IMG/VR virus record: IMGVR_UViG_3300037320_000111
Span: 1-33,650 of that record
Reading direction: 5' to 3' (one strand)
DNA length: 33,650 bases
Source: a virus
Shown: in pieces, positions 1-9,839 of the stretch
How positions within the stretch are numbered: position 1 is the stretch's first letter
How the letters are laid out: each line of letters starts with the position of its first letter
Made by a program: the position numbers and the translations under genes
The notes under the pieces: model-generated
Told to the model about the DNA's origin: nothing
What the model saw: the letters and a program-made list of their open reading frames with translations, nothing else
Database searches by the model: none

Positions 1-255
1 AAAATGAAATAGAGAACCACTTTTCAAAAAACTCCGAAAGAATAAAAAAGTCAATTACATATAAAAACACAATACATAACTCATACAATAGCATTTTAGA
101 AATGATGTTGCTCAACGTGCGGCTGTTGATAAAATACCAACCCTTAACTCTGACGGCTCGATAAATCCCAAACAATGTATCTAAGGCTATTGCTGCGCCC
201 ACCGCTATCAACAACCCCATGATAGGACTGAAAAACAAGCAGGTAGCTGTTAAAA
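1..255. repeat. Terminal overlap, identical to 33396..33650 (circular closure of the contig)
   Basis: Read base by base; identical over all 255 nt. Carries a second copy of the 5' part of the holin CDS (ATG at 220 on the minus strand). Confidence 0.95.
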
Positions 256-278
256 TGTATATTAGGTAGGTTTTCATT

Positions 279-680
279 CTATTGTTTTAAAAAATTATTT
301 ATTTGATCTTCGCTTTGAATGCTGGCTATGCAATGCCCTTTTTTTCTCCATTTTGAAATGTCAATGGCATACAGGAAGTAATACCAAAACTGCCCATGCC
401 TATTTAAACTTCCTTCTATAAACTTAGTTCCCAATGCACTTGAAATCGTTTCTCCAAATCGCCCAAATGCATAGCCTTTTTTAGATAATAACCAATTCAA
501 GGTTTCCCCAAATTGATAATTCCCTAATATGTCAACGTTCATGGCTTTTTTAAACTTTCTTTTTCCTGTGGTCTTGAACCACTTTCTGTTTTTTACATCA
601 AAAACCAAAACCCGAAATTCATCGATTATAAATAGCAACGTGTAAAGTAACCATGCAATAGGTGTGAGAATGAATCCCAT
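279..680 (-). CDS. Hypothetical membrane-anchored protein (133 aa)
   Basis: ATG ORF whose start overlaps the stop of the upstream ORF by 1 nt (TAATG). N-terminal hydrophobic helix ILTPIAWLLYTLLFII. No family recognised. Lies directly upstream of the holin across the circle junction. Confidence 0.6.
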   Translation of the reverse strand: MGFILTPIAWLLYTLLFIIDEFRVLVFDVKNRKWFKTTGKRKFKKAMNVDILGNYQFGETLNWLLSKKGYAFGRFGETISSALGTKFIEGSLNRHGQFWYYFLYAIDISKWRKKGHCIASIQSEDQINNFLKQ

Positions 681-1069
681 TATGCGCTTAGTTCAAAATC
701 CGTTGGCAATAATTCATAAGCTACGTGAACTCCATCCTCCATAAAATCAAATTGTGTCACATAAATAAACAAACCTAATTTTACTCGTACTTGTTCAATT
801 TCGAATGCGGTCATTTCTGTGGTGTCAAACTCTTGAATAAACACATCTACCGCCCCACTGAATTGATTGTATTGCGAGATTGTGAGCGTTTTTTCAGTTG
901 ATGTGACGGCTACTTTTGCTCCGCTTACATCATCTACAATTGCGTAGTGTTGTACATTGTACAAGACATTGTTAGGTGTCATTGTATAGGTTGCTTCCAA
1001 AACTATAAAGGCTAATTTTTTACCTTCATTTGGTTTTGAATAATCGACTTTTATTTTTGTTTGTATCAT
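680..1069 (-). CDS. Hypothetical protein (129 aa), fibre-associated by position
   Basis: ATG ORF packed 2 nt after the fibre gene stop. No recognisable motifs. Confidence 0.6.
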   Translation of the reverse strand: MIQTKIKVDYSKPNEGKKLAFIVLEATYTMTPNNVLYNVQHYAIVDDVSGAKVAVTSTEKTLTISQYNQFSGAVDVFIQEFDTTEMTAFEIEQVRVKLGLFIYVTQFDFMEDGVHVAYELLPTDFELSA

Positions 1070-1071
1070 AA

Positions 1072-2739
1072 TCAGTATATGTTATAAAACACGTTCATAT
1101 TTAATTCTATTTCTGTTTTGCTAGTTGTTATATCTGTAGGATAGACAACACACTCTTGAAGATAACCATTCGCTTTTTCGTTTCTACCAGGTAACGCACC
1201 AAATCCCAGTACTCCAAAATCTGAATTTCCTGTGCCAATAGTGCTATCAACTCCGTTTTTATAAAACTTAGAAGTTGACGTGTTTTCAATTAACTCGGCT
1301 AAAACACGCTCTCCAGCTATTGCATAAGCCGAATTTCTAACAACTCCATTTGTAAAGACACAAAAACCATCATTTCTAGTTGCTGATATTAAAGAGTTTA
1401 TTGTATTACTACTTATCATACGAATAGCCCCAGCAGAAGCCAGTTGATTAAAAACGGCAAAAATTGAATAAGGTCTTACAATTGATGCGGTGGTCAACAT
1501 TCCATCATCTACATTGTCTAGTAACATGGCTGGTTTATTATTTAATTTCAAAACCACACCCTCACTTACTATTTTTGGTTGTTTAGTTAATGTGGCTTGT
1601 GTAGCGTTAAATCCATTCCCACTTTGGTCATACCATATCTCAACAAATCCATCACCCGTACCAACAAATGATAACAGTGAAGTTTCGTCTAAAACTCCAG
1701 AAACAAAACCTATAATTGATGTGGTTGAGTCTGAACTTCTACGCACTTTTATGCAGTTTGAAACTGCGTTATTAATTTGTCTTAAAGAGTGAATAGTTTT
1801 AGATTGTTCTGTGTATATAGGAATAGTTGTACTATTTGTACTAACTAACAAATTATTACTAACTACCGATTTATTATAAAAAATATCAACCGATACAACT
1901 GTAAAATTATAAGATGTGTTTGCTGTAAGTGCTGTGACATATTGACCGTTTGCTATAATTTTATAAAAAACACCATTGATATGCAATTCGTAATAATCAA
2001 TTGCATTTGTACTGCTTGGTGCCGTAAAATTCAATTTAATGGCCGTGTTGTAAATTGCCCCTGCTGATAAATTAGTAATTTGATTTGGTGGTGTAAAGTT
2101 GGTAACATATCTTACGATTGCGCCTTGTGAAATTGCATAAGCCACATCCGCTTCTACTCCTCCATTATTTGACGTCTGTATAGATGGATGAACGTATAAT
2201 TTATAACCACCTAAAACATAAAGAAAAGTGTTATTATCTACTGATGGTGATGCGCCAAACGTTAAGCAGTTAGGCAAATAATAAACATCCGCATTTCTTG
2301 CTTGCCCGTTTGAAAAATTATCCAAGCCTTCAATAGATGTCAACACGGGAAAATAATATTCTTTTACTAAATTATAACCTTTAAAATTATCATATCCAAC
2401 GAATGTAGTAACACCATTTAACTTTACTGAAGATAAATTTGTGCTGTTTTGGAAGGCATTATTGGTCAATAATACACAACGGTTTTCATTGTCGTGAAAA
2501 TATGTAATGTTGGCATTATTGCCAAAACAATTATCAGGCATGTTATACGTACCACTTATCCCACATTGTATGTCACTACCCACCACGCTAAATAAACTAA
2601 TTCTTGACACTGAAATACTTAACCTAGTAGCTAATAATTGAGCCGTGCCAATAGTCGAAGCAACACCTCCTATAAAAGTATTAACAGGTACGCTTTCCAC
2701 CTTGTTTTTACCAAACACATATTTCTTTAAACTTCCCAT
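1072..2739 (-). CDS. Tail fibre / receptor-binding protein (LRR-like + FN3-like + ConA/LamG-like modules)
   Basis: 555 aa. N-terminal half has degenerate leucine-rich-repeat-like units (NLSSVKLNGVTTF, LTSIEGLDNFSN). FN3-like segment (PPNQITNLSAGAIYNTAIKLNFTAP..YYELHING). C-terminal segment with the WYDQSGNG motif typical of lectin/LamG-like jelly rolls. Distal tail position. Confidence 0.6.
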   Translation of the reverse strand: MGSLKKYVFGKNKVESVPVNTFIGGVASTIGTAQLLATRLSISVSRISLFSVVGSDIQCGISGTYNMPDNCFGNNANITYFHDNENRCVLLTNNAFQNSTNLSSVKLNGVTTFVGYDNFKGYNLVKEYYFPVLTSIEGLDNFSNGQARNADVYYLPNCLTFGASPSVDNNTFLYVLGGYKLYVHPSIQTSNNGGVEADVAYAISQGAIVRYVTNFTPPNQITNLSAGAIYNTAIKLNFTAPSSTNAIDYYELHINGVFYKIIANGQYVTALTANTSYNFTVVSVDIFYNKSVVSNNLLVSTNSTTIPIYTEQSKTIHSLRQINNAVSNCIKVRRSSDSTTSIIGFVSGVLDETSLLSFVGTGDGFVEIWYDQSGNGFNATQATLTKQPKIVSEGVVLKLNNKPAMLLDNVDDGMLTTASIVRPYSIFAVFNQLASAGAIRMISSNTINSLISATRNDGFCVFTNGVVRNSAYAIAGERVLAELIENTSTSKFYKNGVDSTIGTGNSDFGVLGFGALPGRNEKANGYLQECVVYPTDITTSKTEIELNMNVFYNIY

Positions 2740-4331
2740 TATTGATCGAGTAAAATTGTATTAGTACTTCCTCTACGTATAAATGAAAAGGTCTTTTTCT
2801 CTGTTGTGGTCGTTGGTGTTGTTTCCCAAACAAACGGAGCAGTGGTTGCCCATGTAACCGTTACCCCTGCTAAAGTTCTACCCACAAACATTAATTGAGC
2901 TATTAGTGATGCAGGAACTGTTATCGTGCAATTTGCAGTAAACAACAAGGTTTGCCCATTCCAAGTATCTGAAACATTGGTATTGGCTGAGATTTCGATT
3001 TGGTTGTCTTTGATTTGCGTGTTGGATAAATCAGCAGAAACTACTAAATTTCCACTCCCTAATATTGTACTGCCATTAATCGTTTTAAGGTTTGTTCCAG
3101 AAACTAAGGTGTTTTGTTTACCACTTTGCAAAACCACAATCAAATCATTCAAAACTTTTCCTTGTCTAGCATCTAGCACTTTACCTGCTACAATACTATC
3201 CAATGCATTATACACATCAGTAGTATTGACTTTACATGCTAATAATGTAACTAAATCAACTCCTTCAGGAAAGGTTGCAAAAACGGCTAATAATTCCTTA
3301 ACTGTATTCACAATTGCATCTGCATCTGCATCGCCATTGCCAATGATTGCTTGTACTGCAATTATCTTGTCGTTTAGCTCTTTTAACGTGTTTGCATCAG
3401 ATGGCGATCCATTAATTATTTGAGTGATTAACGTGTCGCTGTAGGCTTTTGCATTGGCTAAAGCTGTAGCATCCTGAGCATCTACATAAGTAATATCCGC
3501 TTTGGCTGATACATCTGCAGTACCCGAGGAACCCGCAACACCCACATAATCTAAATAGCCATTGTTGCCTGTAGTGAATCGCAACATAAACTTCACGATT
3601 TCACCCGGTTGCAATACTAAATTTGCCGCTGTAGGGAAGTAAAATTTATAATTTCCCGTGCCGCTATTATGCATAATTGTCAACGTACCAGATACACGGT
3701 CGTTTTTAATTGTGATTTCTTTACCGGCCCACAAATACTTTGATTTACTATTCGCCGCCACCGTGAAGGACGAAAAGGAATCCGCTTCAGTAAATCGGAA
3801 GGCTGCATTATCACTTCCTAATGTTATTGCAGCTTTCGCCCCTGATCCTACTATCTTAGTAAACTCACTCTCTCGCTTCAATACATAAGAATCATTTGTT
3901 ACCACCGCAGCCGGATCTTGTATCGCACCATCAGTCACCACAAAAAAGGTGGCTTGAATTGTATCGCTTGGCACCGCCGGTGCCACCGGATTGGATGCGC
4001 TTTCTAACCCTGCTATTCTCACAAACGTATGGGATTGATTCATTACAATCAAATCAATTCGTTGATTTCCTGTTGTTGCAAATGGTATATTGATCACCAC
4101 ATTCACCGGATTAGTGTATTGAACTTCGGTGATTTTCCACACCCACAATGCATTCATAGTAATATCTTGGCCCGTCAATGTAAATCCGGTTTCTGATATT
4201 ACAATATTTTGATTGCCTATTTTCGCTTCTAAATATGCGAAATTATCATTGATCTTTTTTCCTGCCGCTTTTGCGCCATCGCCGGTTTTATCTCCGGTGG
4301 TTGTTCCTAAAAATATTGGTGTAATTGCCAT
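2739..4331 (-). CDS. Tail fibre protein (530 aa)
   Basis: N-terminal GDKTGDGAKAAGKKINDNFAYLE motif common at phage fibre N-termini. Ala/Asp-rich coiled middle. The stop overlaps the next start by 1 nt. Confidence 0.55.
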   Translation of the reverse strand: MAITPIFLGTTTGDKTGDGAKAAGKKINDNFAYLEAKIGNQNIVISETGFTLTGQDITMNALWVWKITEVQYTNPVNVVINIPFATTGNQRIDLIVMNQSHTFVRIAGLESASNPVAPAVPSDTIQATFFVVTDGAIQDPAAVVTNDSYVLKRESEFTKIVGSGAKAAITLGSDNAAFRFTEADSFSSFTVAANSKSKYLWAGKEITIKNDRVSGTLTIMHNSGTGNYKFYFPTAANLVLQPGEIVKFMLRFTTGNNGYLDYVGVAGSSGTADVSAKADITYVDAQDATALANAKAYSDTLITQIINGSPSDANTLKELNDKIIAVQAIIGNGDADADAIVNTVKELLAVFATFPEGVDLVTLLACKVNTTDVYNALDSIVAGKVLDARQGKVLNDLIVVLQSGKQNTLVSGTNLKTINGSTILGSGNLVVSADLSNTQIKDNQIEISANTNVSDTWNGQTLLFTANCTITVPASLIAQLMFVGRTLAGVTVTWATTAPFVWETTPTTTTEKKTFSFIRRGSTNTILLDQ

Positions 4332-4334
4332 AAT

Positions 4335-4490
4335 TTATTCGTTTGGATTTTCATCAAATGTTCTGTCCATTTGATCAAATGTTATTTCATTAGTGCTGAA
4401 ATCAAACGGCACCGCTTCTTCTTTCAATTCGTTTTCGCCAATGCCGGGATTCTTACTGTTTCCAACACCTATTCTTTGAATGTCTGCCAT
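4335..4490 (-). CDS. Small acidic hypothetical protein (51 aa), not in the ORF track
   Basis: Hand translation: MADIQRIGVGNSKNPGIGENELKEEAVPFDFSTNEITFDQMDRTFDENPNE. The ATG lies 1 nt after the stop of the 926-aa gene, and the stop lies 3 nt before the fibre ATG. It exactly fills an otherwise empty 160-nt gap. Confidence 0.5.
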   Translation of the reverse strand: MADIQRIGVGNSKNPGIGENELKEEAVPFDFSTNEITFDQMDRTFDENPNE

Positions 4491-4491
4491 C

Positions 4492-7272
4492 TTAATTTAA
4501 TATTATGGTTTGCGTTTTAATTACCGGTAAACCAACAAATGTTCCCGGCGCATTTATAAATTCTGCCGTGTTTATTTTAACTGTCGCGCTCACCGTTCCC
4601 GTTCCCCCTAACGAATCACCAGCCAAAGCACTTGTTTTTAAAATGAATTCAACCACATCCGAAGCAATGAAATTCAATGTTAAAGGATAGGTGATTTGTC
4701 CTGGTCCTGTAGTCAAGGACTCGATTTGCGCCCCGTTCTTGTAAATTTCGCAGCGCACATCACCTTGATCACCCACGGTGGTATCTACCATATTAAGCAA
4801 ATCCACAACCCCTTTAAAATTCAAAATAAACGAAGGCTGTAATGCCGGCGAAATATCCAATTTGTATTTTTTTATCACAGAAACATCCCAACCCAATTGC
4901 GGTGCTAAATCTTCTATGAAATCCACAGTCACGGTATAATCTTTAATTCTTATTATATTCAATGAATCTTCGGCCGCAGCGCCGTCGTTATCCGTGACTT
5001 GGATTTTATAAGTATAGAAATCTTCTGTAAGTCCTTGCAATGTCGTTGTCAAAGTGGATGGCGAATCAATAGAATCACCAAAACCACCGTACGTTTTTGT
5101 CCAAAATTGCGAAGCAATATATCCATCCGGATCAAAAGCCGTTGCCACCAAAGATGCCGTTGTTTGTGTATTAGTCAAATAAATATCATCGCCCGACAAA
5201 ACTATTGGTGGGATATTATCATCACCAGGCGTTGTGGCTGCCGCATCTTTATAAACAGAACGCCCCAAAGTCAAAGTGGTTTTGTTTTCATCTAAATTCC
5301 AAGAAGCATTCAGCACATGAAATTCTTTCACATACTGATAATGAAAATTAATTATATCATTAAATTTCACCGCATTCAAAGCCGTTAAATCTATTTTTTC
5401 AGCCGCATCATTAAAGATTCGCCTGTAAATATTTGCAATGGTTTTTGGATAGCTTGTGTTTTCTATTTTATAAATAGCATCTGTCCATTGCGTCCAATTG
5501 CCGCGTGCGCTCAATACATCATCCACCGCATATTTCTTAACTATAAAACTACCAGAACCATGCAGCACATCCGTTTCCACCACCATTTGTTCGCCATCAT
5601 TGAAATTGTAATGCACCGCCAAAACAGTCACTAAAGCACCCGCTTTGTAAACTGTATATTTGTTTTGATTAATCAAATTTGCACCGGTCAATTGTACTAC
5701 TGCATATTTCTTTAAATCCAATTCAAACCCATATAAAATAGGAACCTCAATTTCATTAAAAAACGAGGATGATTCCTTTAATTTTGCTAATCGAAAACCT
5801 CTTGAAGCACCAGATTGATCATTGCCATAAGTCAAAACCAATTCTTTATCAATAGTGAAATCACCATTAATCAAATCAGTCACCACTTCTTCTTCTTTAA
5901 ATTTAATTACCGAAATTTCAATTTTTGACAATTCAATGCCCAATATTTTATGCGTGAATACGCTTCCAGGTGCGTTATAAATACGAAAATCCAACAACCC
6001 TTCTTCGGTAAAAATATGCTCAATTGCCACTTGCGCTTCTTCGCTTTTTTCGAAAATCACTTTTTCTTGATCTGCTACCGTTCCACCAAAGTTGGAATAT
6101 AACACCGCACCATTAAAAATAATTTCGTATTTAAAAGGATTCTGCCATAATGTCAAATCTGTTGGTGGCTCTATAGAATCATTAAACTTTCTGATTTTAA
6201 ATTGTAAATCAAATTTTATCTTTTGTGATTTGGTAACAAATACCTTTTCTTTTAATGAAACAAAGCGCGTATCATCCTGGACCGGTACATTTTGCAAACT
6301 ACCATCAAAATAATATTGGTTGTACACCACGCAGCTATAATCCGGCTTTTCACACCATGCATACAAACCACCATTTGCCATCCAACTTGATGCATGTATT
6401 TTTCCCAAAACACCGGTTACAATCGCCCATCCTTCATTTACTTCTTCGCTCAAAGTTTTTGGCAAAGAAGGTTCTGTTTTTTCATGTGAAACCGTGATTT
6501 CATTATATGGTGGAATCATTGTGATTGTAGGTGTCAACAATGGCGTGATCGCTTTTAATAAACGATCATAATTCAACGAGCCAAAAAGACTGCCCGCAGT
6601 ATCATATATTTTATAATTCACTTGCCTTTTTTGGCGCATGTTAATCCCTTCAATGTACCATCTGTTATCCGCTTGATAACACACGCACAACGTGTCATGC
6701 AACAAAGTATCTAAAATACTGTATGCATCTTGTTTTTTGCCGTTTTCGGCAAATGTTGCCGTGTCGATATAAATGGAATGCCAATCTTTATTGGTGTAGT
6801 TTTCAATGGCCGCCGCAAAATACAAGTCCATTTCCAAGCCGGTCAATTTTAAGATTTCCACATAAATAGCAATCAAAGACTTTTCACGGGAATAAAATTC
6901 ATCTGAAAGGAATTTCCCTTTCAATCTTCCCAATCCATCAGTGGCACCAAACGAAACAAAAAACGCCCCGTTCTTGTACGGCTCTGCGTATAAATCTGGA
7001 AGGATATATCCTTGCCACACGACAGCATCATCCACACTGTTTTTAATCAACAATTTGAATTGGTGTTCATCGCCTGTGAAATACCCAATGAAGGCCGCAT
7101 CAGCCGCCGTAGTGGTCAACATATCAAATCGAAAATTACTCGCCACAATCGTCATTTCATCCTTAGAATCACCACCGGACCATTCCAATACAATACCGGA
7201 TGCCGATGCCTGTTCAATTACTAATTTAGTAAGCGGCGAAGTCGTGTCGATTATGTCGATGTAATAACTCAT
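4492..7272 (-). CDS. Distal tail / baseplate-like protein (Dit/Tal position) with Ig/PKD-like domain
   Basis: 926 aa. The start overlaps the tape-measure stop (TAATG). Ig/PKD-like stretch PPIVLSGDDIYL..ATAFDPDGYIASQFW. Call is based mainly on position. Confidence 0.55.
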   Translation of the reverse strand: MSYYIDIIDTTSPLTKLVIEQASASGIVLEWSGGDSKDEMTIVASNFRFDMLTTTAADAAFIGYFTGDEHQFKLLIKNSVDDAVVWQGYILPDLYAEPYKNGAFFVSFGATDGLGRLKGKFLSDEFYSREKSLIAIYVEILKLTGLEMDLYFAAAIENYTNKDWHSIYIDTATFAENGKKQDAYSILDTLLHDTLCVCYQADNRWYIEGINMRQKRQVNYKIYDTAGSLFGSLNYDRLLKAITPLLTPTITMIPPYNEITVSHEKTEPSLPKTLSEEVNEGWAIVTGVLGKIHASSWMANGGLYAWCEKPDYSCVVYNQYYFDGSLQNVPVQDDTRFVSLKEKVFVTKSQKIKFDLQFKIRKFNDSIEPPTDLTLWQNPFKYEIIFNGAVLYSNFGGTVADQEKVIFEKSEEAQVAIEHIFTEEGLLDFRIYNAPGSVFTHKILGIELSKIEISVIKFKEEEVVTDLINGDFTIDKELVLTYGNDQSGASRGFRLAKLKESSSFFNEIEVPILYGFELDLKKYAVVQLTGANLINQNKYTVYKAGALVTVLAVHYNFNDGEQMVVETDVLHGSGSFIVKKYAVDDVLSARGNWTQWTDAIYKIENTSYPKTIANIYRRIFNDAAEKIDLTALNAVKFNDIINFHYQYVKEFHVLNASWNLDENKTTLTLGRSVYKDAAATTPGDDNIPPIVLSGDDIYLTNTQTTASLVATAFDPDGYIASQFWTKTYGGFGDSIDSPSTLTTTLQGLTEDFYTYKIQVTDNDGAAAEDSLNIIRIKDYTVTVDFIEDLAPQLGWDVSVIKKYKLDISPALQPSFILNFKGVVDLLNMVDTTVGDQGDVRCEIYKNGAQIESLTTGPGQITYPLTLNFIASDVVEFILKTSALAGDSLGGTGTVSATVKINTAEFINAPGTFVGLPVIKTQTIILN

Positions 7273-9728
7273 TAACTTAGTCTGTTTTTTCTTTTTTCGG
7301 TTCTATCTAATACCAATCGCAATTTGCTTCCATCAATTTCAAAGCCGCCGCCCAAAGTCACATTGACATTTGAACCGCCGGAACCCAACATACCATGCAG
7401 TTTCTTTTGTTGGTTTTGATTCAATATCAATTCGCCGCTATTCACGCGCGCCAATACTTTATCACCATAAAAAGAGGACCCACCCACAATTCCACCTTCA
7501 GCAAATTTTTGTGTGTCACCGCCTGGTCCTTGACTTAACTTTGATTGTACTACAGAACCCAAAACTACCAAAGCCACACCCGCAGCAATCGCCACAAATG
7601 GATTTGCAAAAGCTTTTTTAAACGCTGCCGAAGCAATACCCACTTGGATCAATGATTTCCCTAATGATGTTAAAAAACTCCCTACAATGCCCAACATTCC
7701 TTTAAACAAGTCGCTCAAACTTGCCGTTCCAGCAACTACAGATCCAAGCATTTCACCAAAACCAATGGCCGCATTTTCTGCCAAGGCTTCAAATTGATCA
7801 CTCATTATTCCAGATAAATCAATCAAATCAGTTTGCAAAGATGCTTTGGCACCTCGCACCGCAGCCGCCAACCTTCCCATCATCGTTTCTGTGGTTTCCA
7901 CACTTGTTGCCAAAGTATCAACGCCCACCACCAACCCTTCACCAATACTGATTGGTTCAAATTTCTTTTGTGCGATGGCATCGATTTTCACTTGAATGGC
8001 ATCAATAGAATTACCTATTCCATAATAAGCCGCTTCAGTGGTTGTCGCTTCTTGTTGTATCTTTTGCAATGCTGCAATTTGCGCTTCATAGAAGGCAATT
8101 GTTCCCGCTTTTGGAATTGCTTTTCCCAACTTTGCAGTCGCATCAGTAACCGCATCAGTTGCACCGGCGGTTTCTTTTACTAAATCTAAATTCTGTTTAT
8201 TTTTTCCGTAGATGTCAATCAGCAATTTTGCTTCTGCATCATATTTTGCATTTTTACGGTCTAATTCTTCATTCGCAAATTGCATTGTACGATTGTTATC
8301 CTCGTAAAATTGTTTTTCTGCTTCCCACCCTTTCGCAATAGCGGTTTGCCTTTTGGCGTTATATTCTGCCAATGCTTTTTCACGCGCAAATCCCGCTTGG
8401 ATCTTGTCTGCTTGGTTTTTTTCCAATAAAACAGAAGCCGCACGCGCTGTGGCACCAGATAATAAAGCCGCATTGTATTTTTCAATACTCACACGCGCTT
8501 TGTCTGTGCCTATATTTTCAAGTGTTAAATTTCCTAAATATTCGGGTGATATTCTGTTGATTTCCTTAATCGCAGCCACTCGCGCTGCCTTGGATTCATT
8601 TTCATTTTTAGCCGTTAGCAAAAGCAGTTCTAAGGCTGATTTTTGTGCCACAATCGATGAAGTCGCTTCATCTGTTATTTTTCCAATTGTCTTTTGTGAA
8701 TCAGACAGTTTCACCGTTGCTTTTGCCGCGCTGTCTGCATTTGTGCCTAATATTAAATAAGCCCCATACAACAACACCACACCCGCTAAAATAGGCAGTA
8801 TCGCACCGGATAACACCGCAAACCCCGCCACTAATGTTGGAATGATCGCTACAATTGAACCAATCACAATCAACAATGGACCAACAACCGCCACTAATCC
8901 CGCAACCACCACAATGGTTGTTTTCGTAGCATCAGACAAATCTAAAAACGCTTTTACTTTCCCGTTGATTGCTGTGATTATCTTTGTAAACAAAGGCAAT
9001 ATCACCGATCCTAATTGCTGTCCTAATTGTTTTAAACTTTCGGTGAAGATCCTGGATTGATTCGCTGCGCCACCTTGCGTTCTGGTGAAATCGCCTTGCG
9101 CGTTTTTTGTAACTGATAAAATATAATTATATCGAAGGTTTACTTTCTCCGCTTGCGACATCGCTTCATAGGTCTTTTTAATACCGGACTGCAAAGCAAA
9201 ATTTTGTAAATTAACCACGGTCATCACAATACCCATTTTCTTCAATGATTCCGTTTCACCGGTAAAAATCGAAGCCAAAGCCGTGTTTGCTACATCAATA
9301 CTAATATTCTTGAAAGAAGCTAAATCACCGGCCAATCCTACCAAAGAAGTAGACATTTTTGCCGCTTCTCCATTAGTCAATCCCATTGACGTTCCCATGT
9401 CACCATAAGCCGCAGCCATATCCAAAGCCGTTCCTTCAGCAATTCCAAAAGATTCTAAGGTAGTTTTTGCAAATTCACGAACTTGAAATGATGATCCTTT
9501 AAAGGCCACTTCCACTTTATTCATGGATTCATCATAATCACTTGCCATCTTAATAGCAGCAGCACCCGCAGCCAATACCGGTAATGTCAAATAAGTAGAC
9601 ATCCCGCGGCCGATGGATTGCATCTTCTTCCCGGTGGCTTCCATCTGGCGGCCCACGTTTTGCATTTCACTTGAAAACCCCGAAAGGTCTGCGCGAAATC
9701 GAATATTGATGCTTGCTAATCCCGCCAT
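7272..9728 (-). CDS. Tail tape measure protein
   Basis: 818 aa. TP901-type TMP core at the N-terminus (QSIGRGMSTYLTLPVLAAGAAAIKMASDYDESMNKVEVAF). Central block of hydrophobic helices and an Ala/Gly-rich composition. Follows the G/T chaperone pair. Confidence 0.9.
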   Translation of the reverse strand: MAGLASINIRFRADLSGFSSEMQNVGRQMEATGKKMQSIGRGMSTYLTLPVLAAGAAAIKMASDYDESMNKVEVAFKGSSFQVREFAKTTLESFGIAEGTALDMAAAYGDMGTSMGLTNGEAAKMSTSLVGLAGDLASFKNISIDVANTALASIFTGETESLKKMGIVMTVVNLQNFALQSGIKKTYEAMSQAEKVNLRYNYILSVTKNAQGDFTRTQGGAANQSRIFTESLKQLGQQLGSVILPLFTKIITAINGKVKAFLDLSDATKTTIVVVAGLVAVVGPLLIVIGSIVAIIPTLVAGFAVLSGAILPILAGVVLLYGAYLILGTNADSAAKATVKLSDSQKTIGKITDEATSSIVAQKSALELLLLTAKNENESKAARVAAIKEINRISPEYLGNLTLENIGTDKARVSIEKYNAALLSGATARAASVLLEKNQADKIQAGFAREKALAEYNAKRQTAIAKGWEAEKQFYEDNNRTMQFANEELDRKNAKYDAEAKLLIDIYGKNKQNLDLVKETAGATDAVTDATAKLGKAIPKAGTIAFYEAQIAALQKIQQEATTTEAAYYGIGNSIDAIQVKIDAIAQKKFEPISIGEGLVVGVDTLATSVETTETMMGRLAAAVRGAKASLQTDLIDLSGIMSDQFEALAENAAIGFGEMLGSVVAGTASLSDLFKGMLGIVGSFLTSLGKSLIQVGIASAAFKKAFANPFVAIAAGVALVVLGSVVQSKLSQGPGGDTQKFAEGGIVGGSSFYGDKVLARVNSGELILNQNQQKKLHGMLGSGGSNVNVTLGGGFEIDGSKLRLVLDRTEKRKNRLS

Positions 9729-9751
9729 TGAAGTGTGTTTTTTATGGTTTT

Positions 9752-9800
9752 GTAAAATTATGTTTGTGCTTTGGATTCGCCGGTTAAAGATTTTAACTTT
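9752..9800 (-). promoter_or_regulatory. Late promoter-like module, copy 1 (palindrome GTTAAA-N3-TTTAAC, 21-nt spacer, TAATTTTA -7-like box)
   Basis: Minus strand reads AAAGTTAAAATCTTTAACC GGCGAATCCAAAGCACAAACA TAATTTTAC, upstream of the tape-measure ATG (9728). The same architecture occurs at 16031..16079 and 19015..19063. Confidence 0.6.
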
Positions 9801-9811
9801 GTATGATATGT

Positions 9812-9839
9812 AAAAAGGCTAAATCCCTTCAGCCTTTTT
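9812..9839 (-). terminator. Intrinsic terminator overlapping the gpT stop codon
   Basis: Perfect 9-bp stem aaaaaggct/agccttttt with a 10-nt loop, flanked by an A/T run. Confidence 0.6.

Noticed and set aside
2926-3423. Plus-strand ORFs antisense to structural and replication genes (e.g. 1490-1792, 2926-3423, 8353-8760, 11393-11878, 21619-22026, 30839-31204, 32319-32642)
   Set aside because: Each lies entirely within a longer, family-recognisable minus-strand gene. Their products are low-complexity or compositionally odd (Cys/His/Arg/Phe-rich), and none has plausible start context. They are shadow ORFs.
1072-4331. Diversity-generating retroelement or invertible shufflon acting on the fibre genes
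   Set aside because: There is no reverse transcriptase anywhere in the window. I could find no template/variable repeat pair and no inverted partial fibre gene copies on the opposite strand.
8261-8485. Short same-strand alternative-frame ORFs inside long genes (8261-8485 in the tape measure; 17674-17862 and 18364-18570 in terL; 30715-30915 and 30961-31164 in the lipoprotein gene; 31521-31724 in the phosphoesterase gene)
   Set aside because: They are embedded out of frame in confidently called genes, have basic or low-complexity products, and nothing supports overprinting.
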